64,000 nucleotides of DNA. It comes from Harriotta raleighana. Its lineage: Eukaryota. The notes beneath the pieces were generated by a model. That model saw only the letters and a program-made list of their open reading frames with translations, had not been told where the DNA came from and ran no database searches. This document shows positions 25,601 to 37,043 of the stretch, in pieces; the first letter of the stretch is position 1; each line of letters opens with the position of its first letter. A program made the translations under genes and the position numbers. Location of the stretch: contig JBNZDD010013429.1 of assembly GCA_050575255.1 (NCBI GenBank), positions 129,732 to 193,731 of the forward strand, given 5' to 3'.

Positions 25601-28600
25601 GCTAACTGTGTCATCAAATATTCACCTCCAAATTATTCTGTTTAACCGAACCCAACAAATCTTGGAATTAGATTTGTTGGTCTTTTAGGACAGTTTTTGT
25701 TTTATAAAAGACACTTTCTGCACTCACTTTGCCCGTGGACTTCACTCCTTTCCAGATACAAAAAAAACAGATGATCCAGGACAGAAGAAGACAGAGGACC
25801 AGCTTCCACTGCACTGTCCCTAAATGGTTAATACCATCAGACAGCTTCAGGACATGATTCCTGCAGAGAAAAAACACAGATGAATATATGTGGTTCTTCG
25901 TGCTATGCATGTGTCTATCGTACATTAACATTTGCTCGATGAAGTAGAAACACCAAAGGATTTTAAACTCCAAAGAAATAGTGGATAATTCACTGACTTT
26001 CCACACGTGCCAGGAGTCTAATGGGAGTCTAAACGTGAGCCTGTAGAAAATGGTATTGCGTTATTGGTAAGTACACTTAATTTCACTTAGAATTGGTCAA
26101 TGAAAAAGTTGTCTGTACACCGATAAGGTAAAAAAAGAGTGGTTGCATTAGATAGGTGTTACTGAATAGAGAAGGTTTATTCTGGAAAACTGGTTGGACT
26201 GTTTCACGTGGTTATTCGCAGCTGGTGGTTGCTGAATATAACTGAATATTGTCTTTCAGATTATCTCAAATATATTGTGACTGTTCTGATTTCTATATTT
26301 GTTGGGAGTCCTGTAGCTCAGTGGTCGGAGCACTCGCCTCACAAGCGAGAGGCCTGGATTGGATTCTTAGCAGGGTGAAACCTTGGGCCAGTTTCCTTTC
26401 TCCACAGGCCTGATAATAATCCCTCAAGAAAAAATAGTAATAAAATTGGTCACTTCAATCCATGACGGTTTGTGCTCAATTTGTTGCCGCATTTCGCCCA
26501 CAAATATATGATCCATTCACTTTACAGTGTATTGTGCAAAGCGCTTTGAGACGTCTAGAAGATGTGAATAGCACTCTATCAAATGCAAGGATTATTATTA
26601 GTAATATGACTGAATTTGACTGAATATGGTTCCACTGCCAACTGAGTTAACTCAGTGAGCTGGATGGCCTTTTTATATTCAATCATTCTTATAATGGGTT
26701 CTGCCATGTGCCCTCAATCTATGAATTTTCTCTCAAATCCCTTTGCTCCTTGCCTTTAAATCACTGAAAAACTTGTCACTGACCATGCTTTTTATCAACA
26801 TCCTCAAATTTCCCCTCAAACAGAGTAATGCTGTTAAAAATAAACACTTTACTTACTCCCAAAACTCAATAATTGCTGAGGTTCCATTTGTTGCCCTTGT
26901 CCAGTTGTTGGCTGAAGAATTCTTTGTAAATTCCACACAGTCAGCTGTCAAGAGGGATAAAAACCACAAGAACAATATCAATATCTGCACAGTGGAACTT
27001 TACTTTTGTTAATTCTATCTTTTTCTGTTCATTTTGGTGTAAATTACCAATGTTAATTATCCTTCCATTTGATATGCAAGGATTATTTATCTTGGGAATT
27101 TGCATAAATTATGCTCAATTTTATTTTCGATTACATCAGTAAAACAAACTATCTATGACCAAAACCTTTACCTGTATTCCACTCATGACTACAGCTGGCC
27201 CATGGCAACTCAGCACTGAAACAACTGAAGAGGTAGAAGAAGGCCCAGGCCAGAATGAGAATGTAATACACGTCTATGTACGAAAGAATGATCTGTGAGC
27301 CATAACCGATGCCTGCCACAGGGAAGAAAAAGTGCCCATGAACATTCACCAAATAATAGATTCAAGCCTCACATCAGGAGTGAATATTTAGTCTAGGTTA
27401 CCTCCTTAGGACTTCCTTAGGATATTATGGATAAGACTGTAATCAAAAAGTCTTATCTGCCTGTCCAAGGGGACACAATCCCATTGTCTTGCTCTTTCGC
27501 TTGCATCCTTCAAGGCCAGTCTCAAGACCCTCCTTTACAACCGTGCCTTCTGTCACCCTCCTACCTCTCTCCCCTCCCTCATCACAATTCTGCACCCCCA
27601 CCTCGCCCCACCCCAGTCTCCCCCCGCCACCCCCGATGCTCGGGACCCAACCCATGATTTTTCACTCCCTATGTGAAAGGCTTCCTACAAATGGAATTTT
27701 GTTATTGATGTTATTGGATGGCATCTTAGAGAAAGGAGTTTCTCATTGTGTTAATCTTACAGTTCCACTTGAAGCCTTTCATTCAGTTTGTGACAATCAT
27801 ACTTTGTTCGCATTTCAAGCACCTAGTGAGGGCTCCAACCTACACTTGTCAGATATTAAATGACGAACTTGGCGGTAAATAGGGATCTGAACTGGCTGAA
27901 CCGAGCCAGCCCTCTATGATGGTGTTGGGAGTCTGGTTCCCGAGCCAGGCGGTCAACAGGATTCCATGGCACAGCCAGCCTGGCTTATTTGAAGGACTTA
28001 AAAGGGTAGTCACTGGGGCTGAGGGTCATCTCACTCAGCTCCTGATAACACTGCAAATCAAACGCTAATGGTAATAGTGGTCTTAGCTGGACAAGCAGTT
28101 TGAAAGCTTGCCAGACAACCAACAACAAAATTAGTCACTTCAATCCATGACTGCTTGAGGGACGCTGCTGGGTGGTTAGATTCCTGCAGTTATCCCTCTG
28201 GGGTCCCCAAGCCTTCTCTCTTGCCAAACTCCGCCTAATAGTTTCCAGAGTTAGGTAGATAGGATGCAACCATCCAGGGAGAGAATGTGCGTTCCTTTCC
28301 AACAATTTATCTCTGGGATTTCCATGTGTAGGTGGTGATACATGAAATTCTCAGTTTAGTTTGGATACTCTTAAGTATGGTGAACAGACACTCAGCTGAC
28401 CAAAAAATCATTTCCAGCAAAAAATCTGAACTTACCCTCAAAAAGAGGACAGACCATCCTCCAAGCTATGATTCCACTCTGACTGGTGTACTGTCCGAGT
28501 GCAACTTCCAAGAAAAACACTGGTATTCCACAAGCGAAGAGGAATACAACATACGGAATCATGAATGCACCTGTTTTGGAGAAGCAAAGAACAGCTGCCA

Positions 28601-31600
28601 CCTAAATACCATTTGGGAGAGATGGCAAATGGAATTCAACCCAAAATTGTTTACGATGTTCTAAATGATGCAACAATTTCTTAAATTTTAACAGTAAATA
28701 CAACCTTGACCCGTACTAAAAACATGTTGTGAATCTGACAATGTGAAGCAGAATCAAATAATGTGCATGTGTGATACATGTGTGTGAAGCCCAGTAGCTC
28801 AGTGTTAGAGCACTCGCCTTGCAAGTGAGAGACCCAGGTTCGATTCCCAGTATGGAGAAACCTTGGGAAAGTTTCCTTACTCGTCACCCTTGATAATAAT
28901 CCCTAAAAGAAAACCAGCAATAAATTGGTCATTTCAATCCATGATTGTTTGTGGGACATTGCTGTGCACAATTGGCTGCCGTGTTTCACCCACAAATATA
29001 CAGTCAATTCAATTTTTTTTATTATTATCGAATGCAAGGGTTATTGTATAGAAAAAAAACTTTTTTTAAGTGCTTCACGATAATTATTGTCACAATTAGA
29101 ATCTGTTTTCACAGCTAAACACTGAGACCATTTGTACCAGGAACATCCCATAAACAGCCAGGAGGTGAATGAGCAATGTATCGGGAGGATAATTTTCCTG
29201 GACATCAGGAGAAACAATCTTCTCTTTTCTGTTAGCCTTGCAGAATCTTTAACATTTTCTGCAGAACACTCAAGTGAGACCACATTTTAACATCTCATTT
29301 AAAGGACAAAAGCAACATCTGGCAGTTATATTATGCCTTTCATGTAGAATAATGTCTCAGAATGATTTAACATGACTACCATCCATAATAATGTATTGTT
29401 CACCTGGACTGTGAACTCAAGTTGCAAAGTAGAGTTTGATCTGACGGGTAGAGTTCTAACAACTCAGCCAAGCTGAAAATCTCTTGGTACCAGAATGTAG
29501 AGTTGATGATTCTGGAATAAATTTAGTTAGTCTACTCTTAGACTTTGTCAAATTTATACACATTGTATAAACAGAGAACAATGATAATATTTAATTATGT
29601 ATTTTGAAAGATAAAGAAAAAAAACAATCTGATTCCATGTATTATTCTATCATGGAGCCTATTTTTCCGAAAGAGTTGGGTGTTATCTGCATACATGTGA
29701 AAGTTGATTCATGCTCGTGGATGATATCACTAATGGGAAGCATATAGATATTGGAAAGAGGGCTAAGGATAAAGACCTGGAGACTCCATACATGATGGTG
29801 TGGGGGCTGGAGGAGAAGCTGTTAATGGCGACAAAGTGGAGATAGTGGATGAGGTAAGATTTGAACCAGGCAAGCACAAGCCCATGAAGATTAAGCTGAC
29901 ATTACTCCATATGACAAATTGAGCCTGCAGTTCACCAATCTAATTTGTTACCAACAAACTTGGTCTGCTCTGCATTTCTCCCCAGTCTAATCCCTCCTTT
30001 TTCTGGACTATTCCTTATTTCATTGCTATTTATCTCTCCCATTCCTTTATGTAACTTGTGTCTCTTCTTTGATGGTATATCTTGATTCCCTTCCCACCGC
30101 CCTCAAAACTAATTTAAACTTCCCCACAGCACCAAAGACATTCGTCCATACCATGTTCAAGTGTAACCCATCCACCTTGTACAGGTCGCACTTTCTCCAG
30201 AATTGGTCCCAATATTCCAAGAGATTTGCAGAAAATTCAGCGGAGAGATTCGAAAAGAATTTCTTCATCCAGAATATTTGGGTGTAAAATTTATTACTAC
30301 AAGTGGCAATTGAGCTTTCTCAATCAAATCATTCAAAATGCAACTTAATAAGCAGCTGAGCAGTAAAAATATTAAAGGAAATGGGAAGGACTTGAAACTC
30401 CTGAATATACAGGCAGAGAAACATGAAATGTTTGCCACAATTTAATGTGACATATAATTGTCATATGACCCCAAATTCTCGGAGCCAAACTTTGAATGAG
30501 TTAATGTCAATTAACGATTATTTTTGTCACATTTCAGGAGAAACATACATCTTCCCAAGAAACTTACAGAAAGTGGGAAGAGGTGCAGGCAATCACAGTC
30601 TGGCAAGTCTGGGGCACTGCAGCTGATTAGCAATAGCAATGATTTGGGATCGCATAGCAATCACAAAATAGGCAGAATTCACCCAATACTGGAGCACAGA
30701 GTCATTCAACCCAACCAATAACCAGCAAATTAATAGATCCTGGGCAGGCTGTGTATCCTTCAGAAGCCTTGCTCAAAATTCAAGTCCATTTGCTATAATT
30801 TACAAGCAGACATTCAGAAACTCATTCTGGAACTTACATCTTTCAATTTAAATTGAAATTAAATTAAATGTTATGGTCAGACAATCAAGAAATATTCAAC
30901 CAAGAAAAAAAATGAAAACACATTACTAATCAAACAGGCACTTACCTAGACTTGTGCAAATATTTGGTGGCACGCTCCTTGATGGCTCCGTGGGTCACTT
31001 TTGGCCCACAGTTTGGCCACCATTGTTCGAATTTCTAAACAAATTAAGACCCTGACTTGGTTGTCAGCATTCTCCATTGTGGAATAGAAGGTTAGGTGTT
31101 CAATGCCCAAGTTGTGACATGAGCGTATTGTCAAAATTCACATCAATCTGTATTCCCAACAACCTATTCTTCAGGTAAACATTGAAAACCCCCAGGAACA
31201 TGATTTAAAAGGAGAAAAAATTTCTCACAGTTTTCTGACGAGAAAGTTCCCAACTAAATTGGCCATTCACTTCATTGCTTTTTTGTCGGGGTTTTCTCCA
31301 AAGAAATTATTGCAACGTTTGTTTCCTTGGTCACTGTACAGTACTTGACAATAATTACTGGCGAAGCGCTTTGAGACATTACAACCACAACAACAAAATT
31401 ACATTTATAGAGCGCCTTTCACGTCAGGAGGACGTCCGAAGGCGCTGACAAAAAATACAAGTTCATTCTTTCTAAGATGTTGTCATTGTTATGTCTCTTG
31501 GAACATACCTCCTCCATTCTTGTAACAGAGATAAGGGAACCGCCAAATATTTCCGAGTCCAATAACTCCTCCAATCACAGAGAGAATAAACTCCAATTTA

Positions 31601-31692
31601 TTTGCCCATTGTTCTCTTTCTTTCATCTTCCCATCTTTTTTAGTATAGGCGTACTGGGTGTGGGCACGCTCTCCAATTATTTTGCTCTCCAT
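10496..31692 (-). CDS. SLC6 Na+/Cl--dependent transporter of the GABA/taurine/betaine (SLC6A6/11/12/13-like) subfamily, gene A, 610 aa
   Basis: 14 coding exons: 31692-31509, 28570-28436, 27312-27172, 26944-26857, 25860-25728, 25088-24954, 24437-24334, 23323-23199, 18489-18377, 17870-17733, 14977-14875, 13534-13434, 12641-12471, 10657-10496. Total 1833 nt, open frame, all GT-AG. Motifs [20 protein letters not shown] and LGLDSQF. Confidence 0.95.
10877..12275 (-). mobile_element. Relatively young L2-type LINE spanning the assembly gap
   Basis: [18 protein letters not shown]...LQSGFR on one side of the gap; RAFS...APRLWNSIP...KTFLF and a TTG-repeat tail (CAA on +) on the other. Confidence 0.85.
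11172..12001. other. Assembly gap (830 N)
   Basis: Run of n. Confidence 1.
12471..12641 (-). CDS. SLC6 gene A exon 13 (TM12)
   Basis: [41 protein letters not shown]...GSFKQ; 171 nt. Confidence 0.95.
13434..13534 (-). CDS. SLC6 gene A exon 12
   Basis: [34 protein letters not shown]; 101 nt. Confidence 0.95.
13728..14620 (-). mobile_element. Clustered or nested L2-type 3' fragments
   Basis: CAA-repeat ends at 13728 and 14097, with decayed SRLDYAN-like coding remnants. Confidence 0.6.
14875..14977 (-). CDS. SLC6 gene A exon 11 (TM10)
   Basis: [34 protein letters not shown]; 103 nt. Confidence 0.95.
15664..16440 (-). mobile_element. L2-type LINE fragment
   Basis: CAA tail plus decayed RT (DL..AFDT.NH..LL, DDT) on the minus strand. 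Confidence 0.75.
17733..17870 (-). CDS. SLC6 gene A exon 10
   Basis: [30 protein letters not shown]...LLVTQ; 138 nt. Confidence 0.95.
18377..18489 (-). CDS. SLC6 gene A exon 9 (TM8)
   Basis: [12 protein letters not shown]...LLGLDSQ; 113 nt. Confidence 0.95.
18542..18962. mobile_element. pogo/Tigger-like MITE
   Basis: TA|CAGTAAAAATCCGATAATCCGGCAC ... GTGCTGGATTAACGGAATTTTATTG imperfect terminal inverted repeats. Confidence 0.65.
19580..20713 (+). CDS. env: Gamma-type retroviral envelope protein (SU C-terminal part and complete TM), 377 aa, no signal peptide
   Basis: [25 protein letters not shown]; HRR|SL cleavage-like site; fusion peptide; [21 protein letters not shown]; CX6CC (CALIGSECC); hydrophobic anchor [20 protein letters not shown]. 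Confidence 0.92.
   Translation: MHVPHSASEGSPMIPIPLSPSQVVRSLIQTNWLKTTSVLTGDSNTSCGQLKVGSYTPLYNITQYPPSLNVPMLRGAWCFTQTGNGTPMGHSICNYTVPLGSTDITGESASISLKATGCKVADGSVLSVQVEQANLRGPNGTYFVCGWKAYPWLPLNWTGSCYLAHILPNVHYHAHTQGQGPQTHVHRRSLGWYEKLFGVFVPPYGLYRTNQELEALEAVLESVANDTAEALLDLSAEVVAIRTVTLQNRIALDLLLAEKGGTCALIGSECCTYIPDSSENITNLVQHIRTQVGSLNRGVQLPTWWTSWMSGWGSWFLHALVVVIVFLLVCCLVIQVVKMCLARCIDTVVKPVMSTHVVQRPEHNPDRGYKFVPLLKL
20747..21340 (+). repeat. 3' LTR (594 bp)
   Basis: Purine-rich tract aaggtgggga just upstream; TGTT...AACA ends; TATTATAA near 21164; AATAAA at 21251 and 21314. Confidence 0.75.
21585..21850 (-). mobile_element. tRNA-head SINE family fragment
   Basis: Reverse complement matches the body of the SINE at 26306-26600. 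Confidence 0.65.
23199..23323 (-). CDS. SLC6 gene A exon 8 (TM7)
   Basis: [41 protein letters not shown]; 125 nt. Confidence 0.95.
24334..24437 (-). CDS. SLC6 gene A exon 7 (TM6)
   Basis: [34 protein letters not shown]; 104 nt. Confidence 0.95.
24954..25088 (-). CDS. SLC6 gene A exon 6
   Basis: [13 protein letters not shown]...RLSDPQ; 135 nt. Confidence 0.95.
25728..25860 (-). CDS. SLC6 gene A exon 5
   Basis: [14 protein letters not shown]...[11 protein letters not shown]; 133 nt. Confidence 0.95.
26306..26600 (+). mobile_element. tRNA-derived SINE, full length
   Basis: A-box tagctcagtgg, decayed B-box, conserved body, LINE-like 3' end aatgcaagg(att)n. More than 15 copies or fragments in the window. 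Confidence 0.85.
26857..26944 (-). CDS. SLC6 gene A exon 4 (EL2)
   Basis: [30 protein letters not shown]; 88 nt; three N-glycosylation sequons. Confidence 0.9.
27172..27312 (-). CDS. SLC6 gene A exon 3 (TM3)
   Basis: [47 protein letters not shown]; 141 nt. Confidence 0.95.
28436..28570 (-). CDS. SLC6 gene A exon 2 (TM2)
   Basis: [31 protein letters not shown]...CPLFE; 135 nt. Confidence 0.95.
28788..29045 (+). mobile_element. tRNA-derived SINE
   Basis: tagctcagtg...ggttcgattccc A and B boxes with the same body. Confidence 0.85.
31509..31692 (-). CDS. SLC6 gene A exon 1 (N-terminus, TM1)
   Basis: MESK...[38 protein letters not shown]|gtatgt. Confidence 0.9.
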
Positions 31693-32710
31693 TTCACCAG
31701 GTTTGTTCCTCTTCTGTTGAGATTAATAGGAAAGTGAATAGAGATGAAATGTATGGCAAACAGGATCACAATTCGACTCTTCAGTCTAGCACTTTGAACA
31801 CTGGCAAATTTGAAACTTTCGATGGATTAATATAATTTGCCATTGCAGAAAGCAATCATTACAGCAATACGTAATGACAAATCCAAACAGCGAAAGCACA
31901 ATCCAGAATTATGACATTTGTCTCACTGAAACACAAAACTTTGATCGCTCAGCATGTAAACGCTACTTACACTTTGAAATCAAGGTGCATTCCATTCCAT
32001 TCCAAGATGCCAAGTAATACTTGGTTCAAAGTAACAGAATTTTAAACTTGTAAAATGTGACACTCATTTGGTGATAACTGTATGAAAAGAAGCCCGGCTG
32101 TTTGAAATTGTTCTTATGTTGTTAAAGTGTATATTACTCTTTTCTGTAGCAGATACACTACAATTATGATGAGTAGTGGTTAATTTAAGCAAGCAATGTG
32201 CCTTTTGATTTCATAATCATTGACCTGAGGAATGCCTAATTCAGGTAGTGTTGACAGGATAGTGTTTAGTCCCATTGATATAATAAGGGTTTGATAAAGA
32301 GTTGAGCTTTCTCTACTTTCCTTGCAAATGTACAATTTTGTTCCTGTGTAATTTCTGAAATGCTATGATAATAATCCTGTATTTGATATAGCATTTCATT
32401 AGGTCATTGAAACATCTCAAAGTACTTCATAGGATAAAGTACTGTGAAGTGTATTGACCGGCAAACATGTAGTTAATTTGTGCACAACAGTGTCTCACAA
32501 ACAGCCTTTAATTTTATTTGGGCGATGGTGAACCAGAATACCGGGATAAACTTCTGTTTTTTTAAATCGTACCAAGAGATCATTAGTGTCCATCTAAACT
32601 GGCAGATGGGATCTCAGTTTAATGTCTCGTCTGCAGTATGGCATCTCCAAAAATCCAGCACTGCACTGGAGGGTCAGCCTAGTCAATGTGTTCAAAGTCT
32701 TGATTTGTGC

Positions 32711-33026
32711 AGCTCCTGTAGCTCAGTGGTTAGAGCACTCACCTAATAAACGTGAGACCTGCATTCAAATCCAGGCAGATAAGGGCGAAACCTTGGGCAA
32801 GTTTACTTACTCAACGCACCTAACAATAATCAAAAAAAAATACAAATTGGTCATTTCAATTGGTTGTGGGGGACACTACTGTGCGCAATTGGCTGCCGCA
32901 TTTCGCCCACAAATATACAGTCAGTTCACTTTACAGTATATTCTGTGATGCGCTTTGAGACGTCGATAAGATGTGAAAAGCGCTATATCAAATGCAAGAA
33001 TTATTATTATATTATTATTATTATTA
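32711..33026 (+). mobile_element. tRNA-derived SINE
   Basis: Same family; (att)n tail. Confidence 0.85.
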
Positions 33027-33680
33027 TGTGGGGTTTGGACTCACCACAACAAGAAAATTACAATTGTATAGTGCCTTTCATGACGGAGGGCAGCCCCAGA
33101 GAATCTTCTGGCTCAGAGTCAAGAATGGTACCAACTGAGCCAGGGTAACACACTACATTGTTTTTCAAATGAACAAAATTACCCAAAGCCTTTAATCCCA
33201 AAATATCCTGACATGTTGAAGCAATTGCATTTTTTTAAATGAAAAATGCAGCCAATTTTGTGCGCAACAAGGTCGCTCAAACAGTCAGGAAGCAAATGAT
33301 TTAATTTAATTTAATTTAATTTGGTGGATTGTTGGCCAGGACAATGGAAGCAATTTCCAAATAGTGCTGTGGCCAGTCAATTCTGCAGTCATGCTACCGA
33401 ATATTGTAAAACAAATGTNAACAATAAACTCTTAAATTTCCTTTGTGCGGATATGTTGGGGAGTAGGTAGTTGAGACTTCAACACTGCATAAATCTATTT
33501 AGGGTTAGGACTTTTGAAGCATCATATTTATTCCAGCTGGGGATCAGATGTCACATGAAGTTGGAAGTTCATAGAACTTCATAAATGAGCTTGATTAATG
33601 ACAGCAGTCTTTGGGCTTGTGTAAACAACTTCTGGAATAAAGAAGTTTGTGATCAGGAGGAGGAGACACTGTGATCACAG

Positions 33681-33785
33681 TATATAATGCAGTTTACATC
33701 AGAAACATATAAACTGTGCCTCTTTTAGGATCCCTGGAATGTTCAAACTTCCTAATTTCTCTATAAAGTGCTCATTTGGCTCCTG
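33681..33785 (+). promoter_or_regulatory. Candidate TATA box and non-coding first exon of SLC6 gene B
   Basis: TATATAA at 33681 and a strong donor CTG|gtaagt at 33785/33786. The ATG exon of gene B begins after an acceptor at 39169-39170, which implies an upstream exon. Confidence 0.4.
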
Positions 33786-34010
33786 GTAAGTATAAATAGT
33801 TGAAGAGTGATGGAAATTTGTTTCAGTATTGGTTTTTAAATGTTATTTTGATTTCTTTGTGAATAAGTGTACTCTATAAAACTGAAAAATGCAATACAAA
33901 CAGCAAATATTTTGAAGATCTATGCAATTATTTACACTGTGATTGTTTTTTATTGAACTTTGCATTTTTTTCTACATCTTAAGCATTTTTTGTGCTTTCT
34001 GTTATTCTGT

Positions 34011-34290
34011 AGTCCTGTAGCACAGTGGTTAGAGACCTGGATTAAATTCCCAGCAAGGCAAAACCTTGGGCAAGTTTCCTTACTCCTCATGGCTGATAAT
34101 ATTCCCTCAAGGAAAAACACAATAATAATTTGGCTACTCAATCCACGTTTGTGGGACACTGCTGTGTGCAATTGGCTGCTACGTTTCACCCACAGACAGT
34201 CAGTATGTTCTGTGAAACTCTTTGAGAAATCTTGAAGATGTGAAAAGTGTTACATCAAATGCAAGGTATATTATTATATATTATTATTAT
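34011..34290 (+). mobile_element. tRNA-derived SINE
   Basis: Same family. Confidence 0.8.
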
Positions 34291-35654
34291 ATAAGGCAAC
34301 ATCCCAATTGTTAACATCGAAGACAAGTGTGTGGTTCACACCCTTGATGGTGATTAGGATTTGTTTGAAACACTGTGGAGAATCTCTATCAAGGTTTTTG
34401 TTTGTCTGAGTTGAAGGAAATGAGCCAAGCCTATTATTTTAACTTTAAAAAGCTTGTTAGAGGCTTAAAGAATGGATATTCCAGTTTGTACTTGCATTTA
34501 TTTAAAGATCACATTTGTTTTAATGGGAGTAATTTTTGAATTTTATAAGGAAACCATGAAAAAAGTATAGTATCTTATAACTAAATTCCCAGAATTTATG
34601 TCATTTAGTTCCAGTTGCTGTTGAATTTGGATTGCTTGATTGAAAAGGAAGGATTGAACACGGTTGTCTATTGCTTGAACAATTTAATAGTGAAAATGCA
34701 GTATTTCAAATCTTGCTGGCTTGATTTACAACTTTTACTCTGAAGCCCAATTATTGGTCCATTGTGTTGCCATAAAGCTGACTTTCTTTGTAGGCGGGAT
34801 TCTGGCTGTCATGAAGCTATAGTGGATGCTGAAAAGAGTGAATATTGCAACCTGCGTTTATTTCAAAAATAAAAATAGAACGTTTCGATTTTTTTTAATG
34901 AGTTTGGTTTGTTGCTATTTTGAGAATGTTTGTGGCAATATCATTTTACCAAATGATTGAGAGAGATTAATTTACATTAGAAATTCCACCCTCGTTTTAC
35001 TGGATAAACAGTAAAAATGCATTTACTTCCATCAAATTATCAACTAAATTGCACAGAATTATTCATCATTTTGTAGGGGTAAATATAACAGTTTCAGTGA
35101 AATGATACTCAGCTATTACAAAGATCCAAATTAATGAAATGCAAATTCTATAGTCAATCCCTACTAAATTATTCTAGAGTCAATTTTCTTTTGATCAATT
35201 GGATGGGAAATGATGACCAAAAATGCTTTCAAAGAAGCCAAACCATGAATGAGGGAAGGAAGGAAAATTTTCATCCAGGTCTTGAGCAATGGAAGCGGCT
35301 GATCAAACCTAATGGACTTCAGGATGGAGTTCCAGAGACCAGGGTAAAAAAGGCTAGAAATCAGTTTGTCAATGATAGGGCAGAGAAAGTGAAGGACAAT
35401 TTGAGTTACATTTTTTGGTAACTAGTTCCCTCTAGTCTTTTGTGTGAAAAGTTTGCTCCTTGTTGTCTATATGTGGATTGACTTACGTTTTGAACTTGTG
35501 ATATTTCGAATGTGGTTCCTTCTGGGATTGTAATCATAAATTGTAAAATAATAGCCCTGAGGCGAAGAACAGATTGGATTTCAGGAGTCTGAAGACATAG
35601 GTATGGAGTGGGGTGTTCAAAATGGTCCTGAATAAAAGCATGCTCTATTTCAGT

Positions 35655-35786
35655 TCTGACGAAGGGTCATGGACCCGAAACATTGACTCACTTCACTCTC
35701 TCCATGGATGCTGCCTGACCTGCTGAGTTTTCCTAGCAACTTCTGTTCTTGTTTCAGATTTCCAGCATCTGTAGTTTTTTGTGTTT
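35655..35786 (+). mobile_element. Penelope-like terminal fragment with hammerhead ribozyme-like core
   Basis: CTGACGA-a-GGGTC-atg-GACCC-GAAAC; flanked by the 14-bp direct repeat TGCTCTATTTCAGT (35641-35654 and 35787-35800). Confidence 0.7.
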
Positions 35787-35924
35787 TGCTCTATTTCAGT
35801 GTTTTGTCCACAATAAACACATCATCAAATATCTGGACATCCTTTTCTTTGAATCCATTAACATTTGGCTATAATTTCAACTGGTCTAACTTTTACAGCT
35901 GCCTTTGCTTAGCGAATCAAAGTT

Positions 35925-37043
35925 GAGGAACATAGCAATTAGAAGCAGGACTAAGCCATTAGGCCCCTCGAGCCTGCTCCGCCATTCAATAAAATCATGG
36001 CTGATCTTCTAATCTAACTCCACCTGCCCCACCTTATTCCCATATCCCTTAATCCCTTTATCCATTAGAAATCTATCAATCTCAGTCTTGAATATGTTCA
36101 AGGACTGACCATTGAAGAGTGGCTAAAGGGAAGAAAACAGAGAATAGGGATAAATGGGACCTTCTCAGATTGGCTGGATGTGACTAGTGGAATGCCACAA
36201 GGATCAGTGCTTGGGCCTCAACTATTTACTATCTATGTCAATGATCTAGACGAAGACGTCAAACTTAAAATATTTCAATTCACAGATTATATAAAACTAG
36301 GTGGGAGAGTAAGCACAGAGGATAACATTTAAAAAAAGCAGCGGAATACAGATAGGCTAGGTGAGTGGGTAAGAAGGTTGCAAATGAAATATAATGTGGG
36401 GAAGTGTGAAGTTATTCACCTAGGTAGTAAAAATAGAAAAGCGGATTATTTTCTAGAAGTGGAGAGACTAGAAAGTGTTAGTGTTCAGAGGGACTCGGGT
36501 GTCCTTGTACACCAGTCACCAAAAGTTAGTTTGCAGATAGAGCAAGCAACTAGGAAGGCTAACGGTATGTTGGCATTCATTGCAAAAGGGTTACAACATA
36601 ATAGGAAAGTCTTGCTGCAACTGTATAGGGCCCTGGTGAGACTGCATCTGGAGTATTTGTGTAGATTCACTAGGTTGGTTCCTGGGATGAGGGGGTTGAG
36701 CTATGAGGATAGGTTGATTAAACCAGGCTATATACTCTCTAGAATATGGAAGAATTAGAGGTGATCTTATAGAAACCTATAAGATTCTTGAGGAGCATGA
36801 CAGAGTAGACAGTGAGAAACTGTTTCTCTTGGTAGGAGAATCTATAACTAGGGGTCACAGTTTTAAGATTAAAGGTAAGAATTTTTGAACAGAGTTGAGG
36901 AAAAACTTCTTCACTCAGGGGATAGTGAAATTATGGAATTCTCTACCCCAAAAGGCTGTAGATGCTCAGTCCTTGAACATATTCAAGACTGAGATTGATA
37001 GATTTCTAATGGCTAAAGGGATTAAGGGATATGGGGATAAGGC
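35925..37043. mobile_element. CR1-type LINE with 5' inversion
   Basis: 3' end on the minus strand (35925-36108) joined to an RT segment on the plus strand (36110-37043; PQGSVLGPQLFTIYVNDL, KCEVIHLG, FFTQ.IVKLWNSLP). Confidence 0.8.

Noticed and set aside
26306-26380. tRNA-like sequences (also 28788, 32711, 45738, 56312)
   Set aside because: They are SINE heads continuing into a shared body and (att)n tail; the cloverleaf is degenerate.
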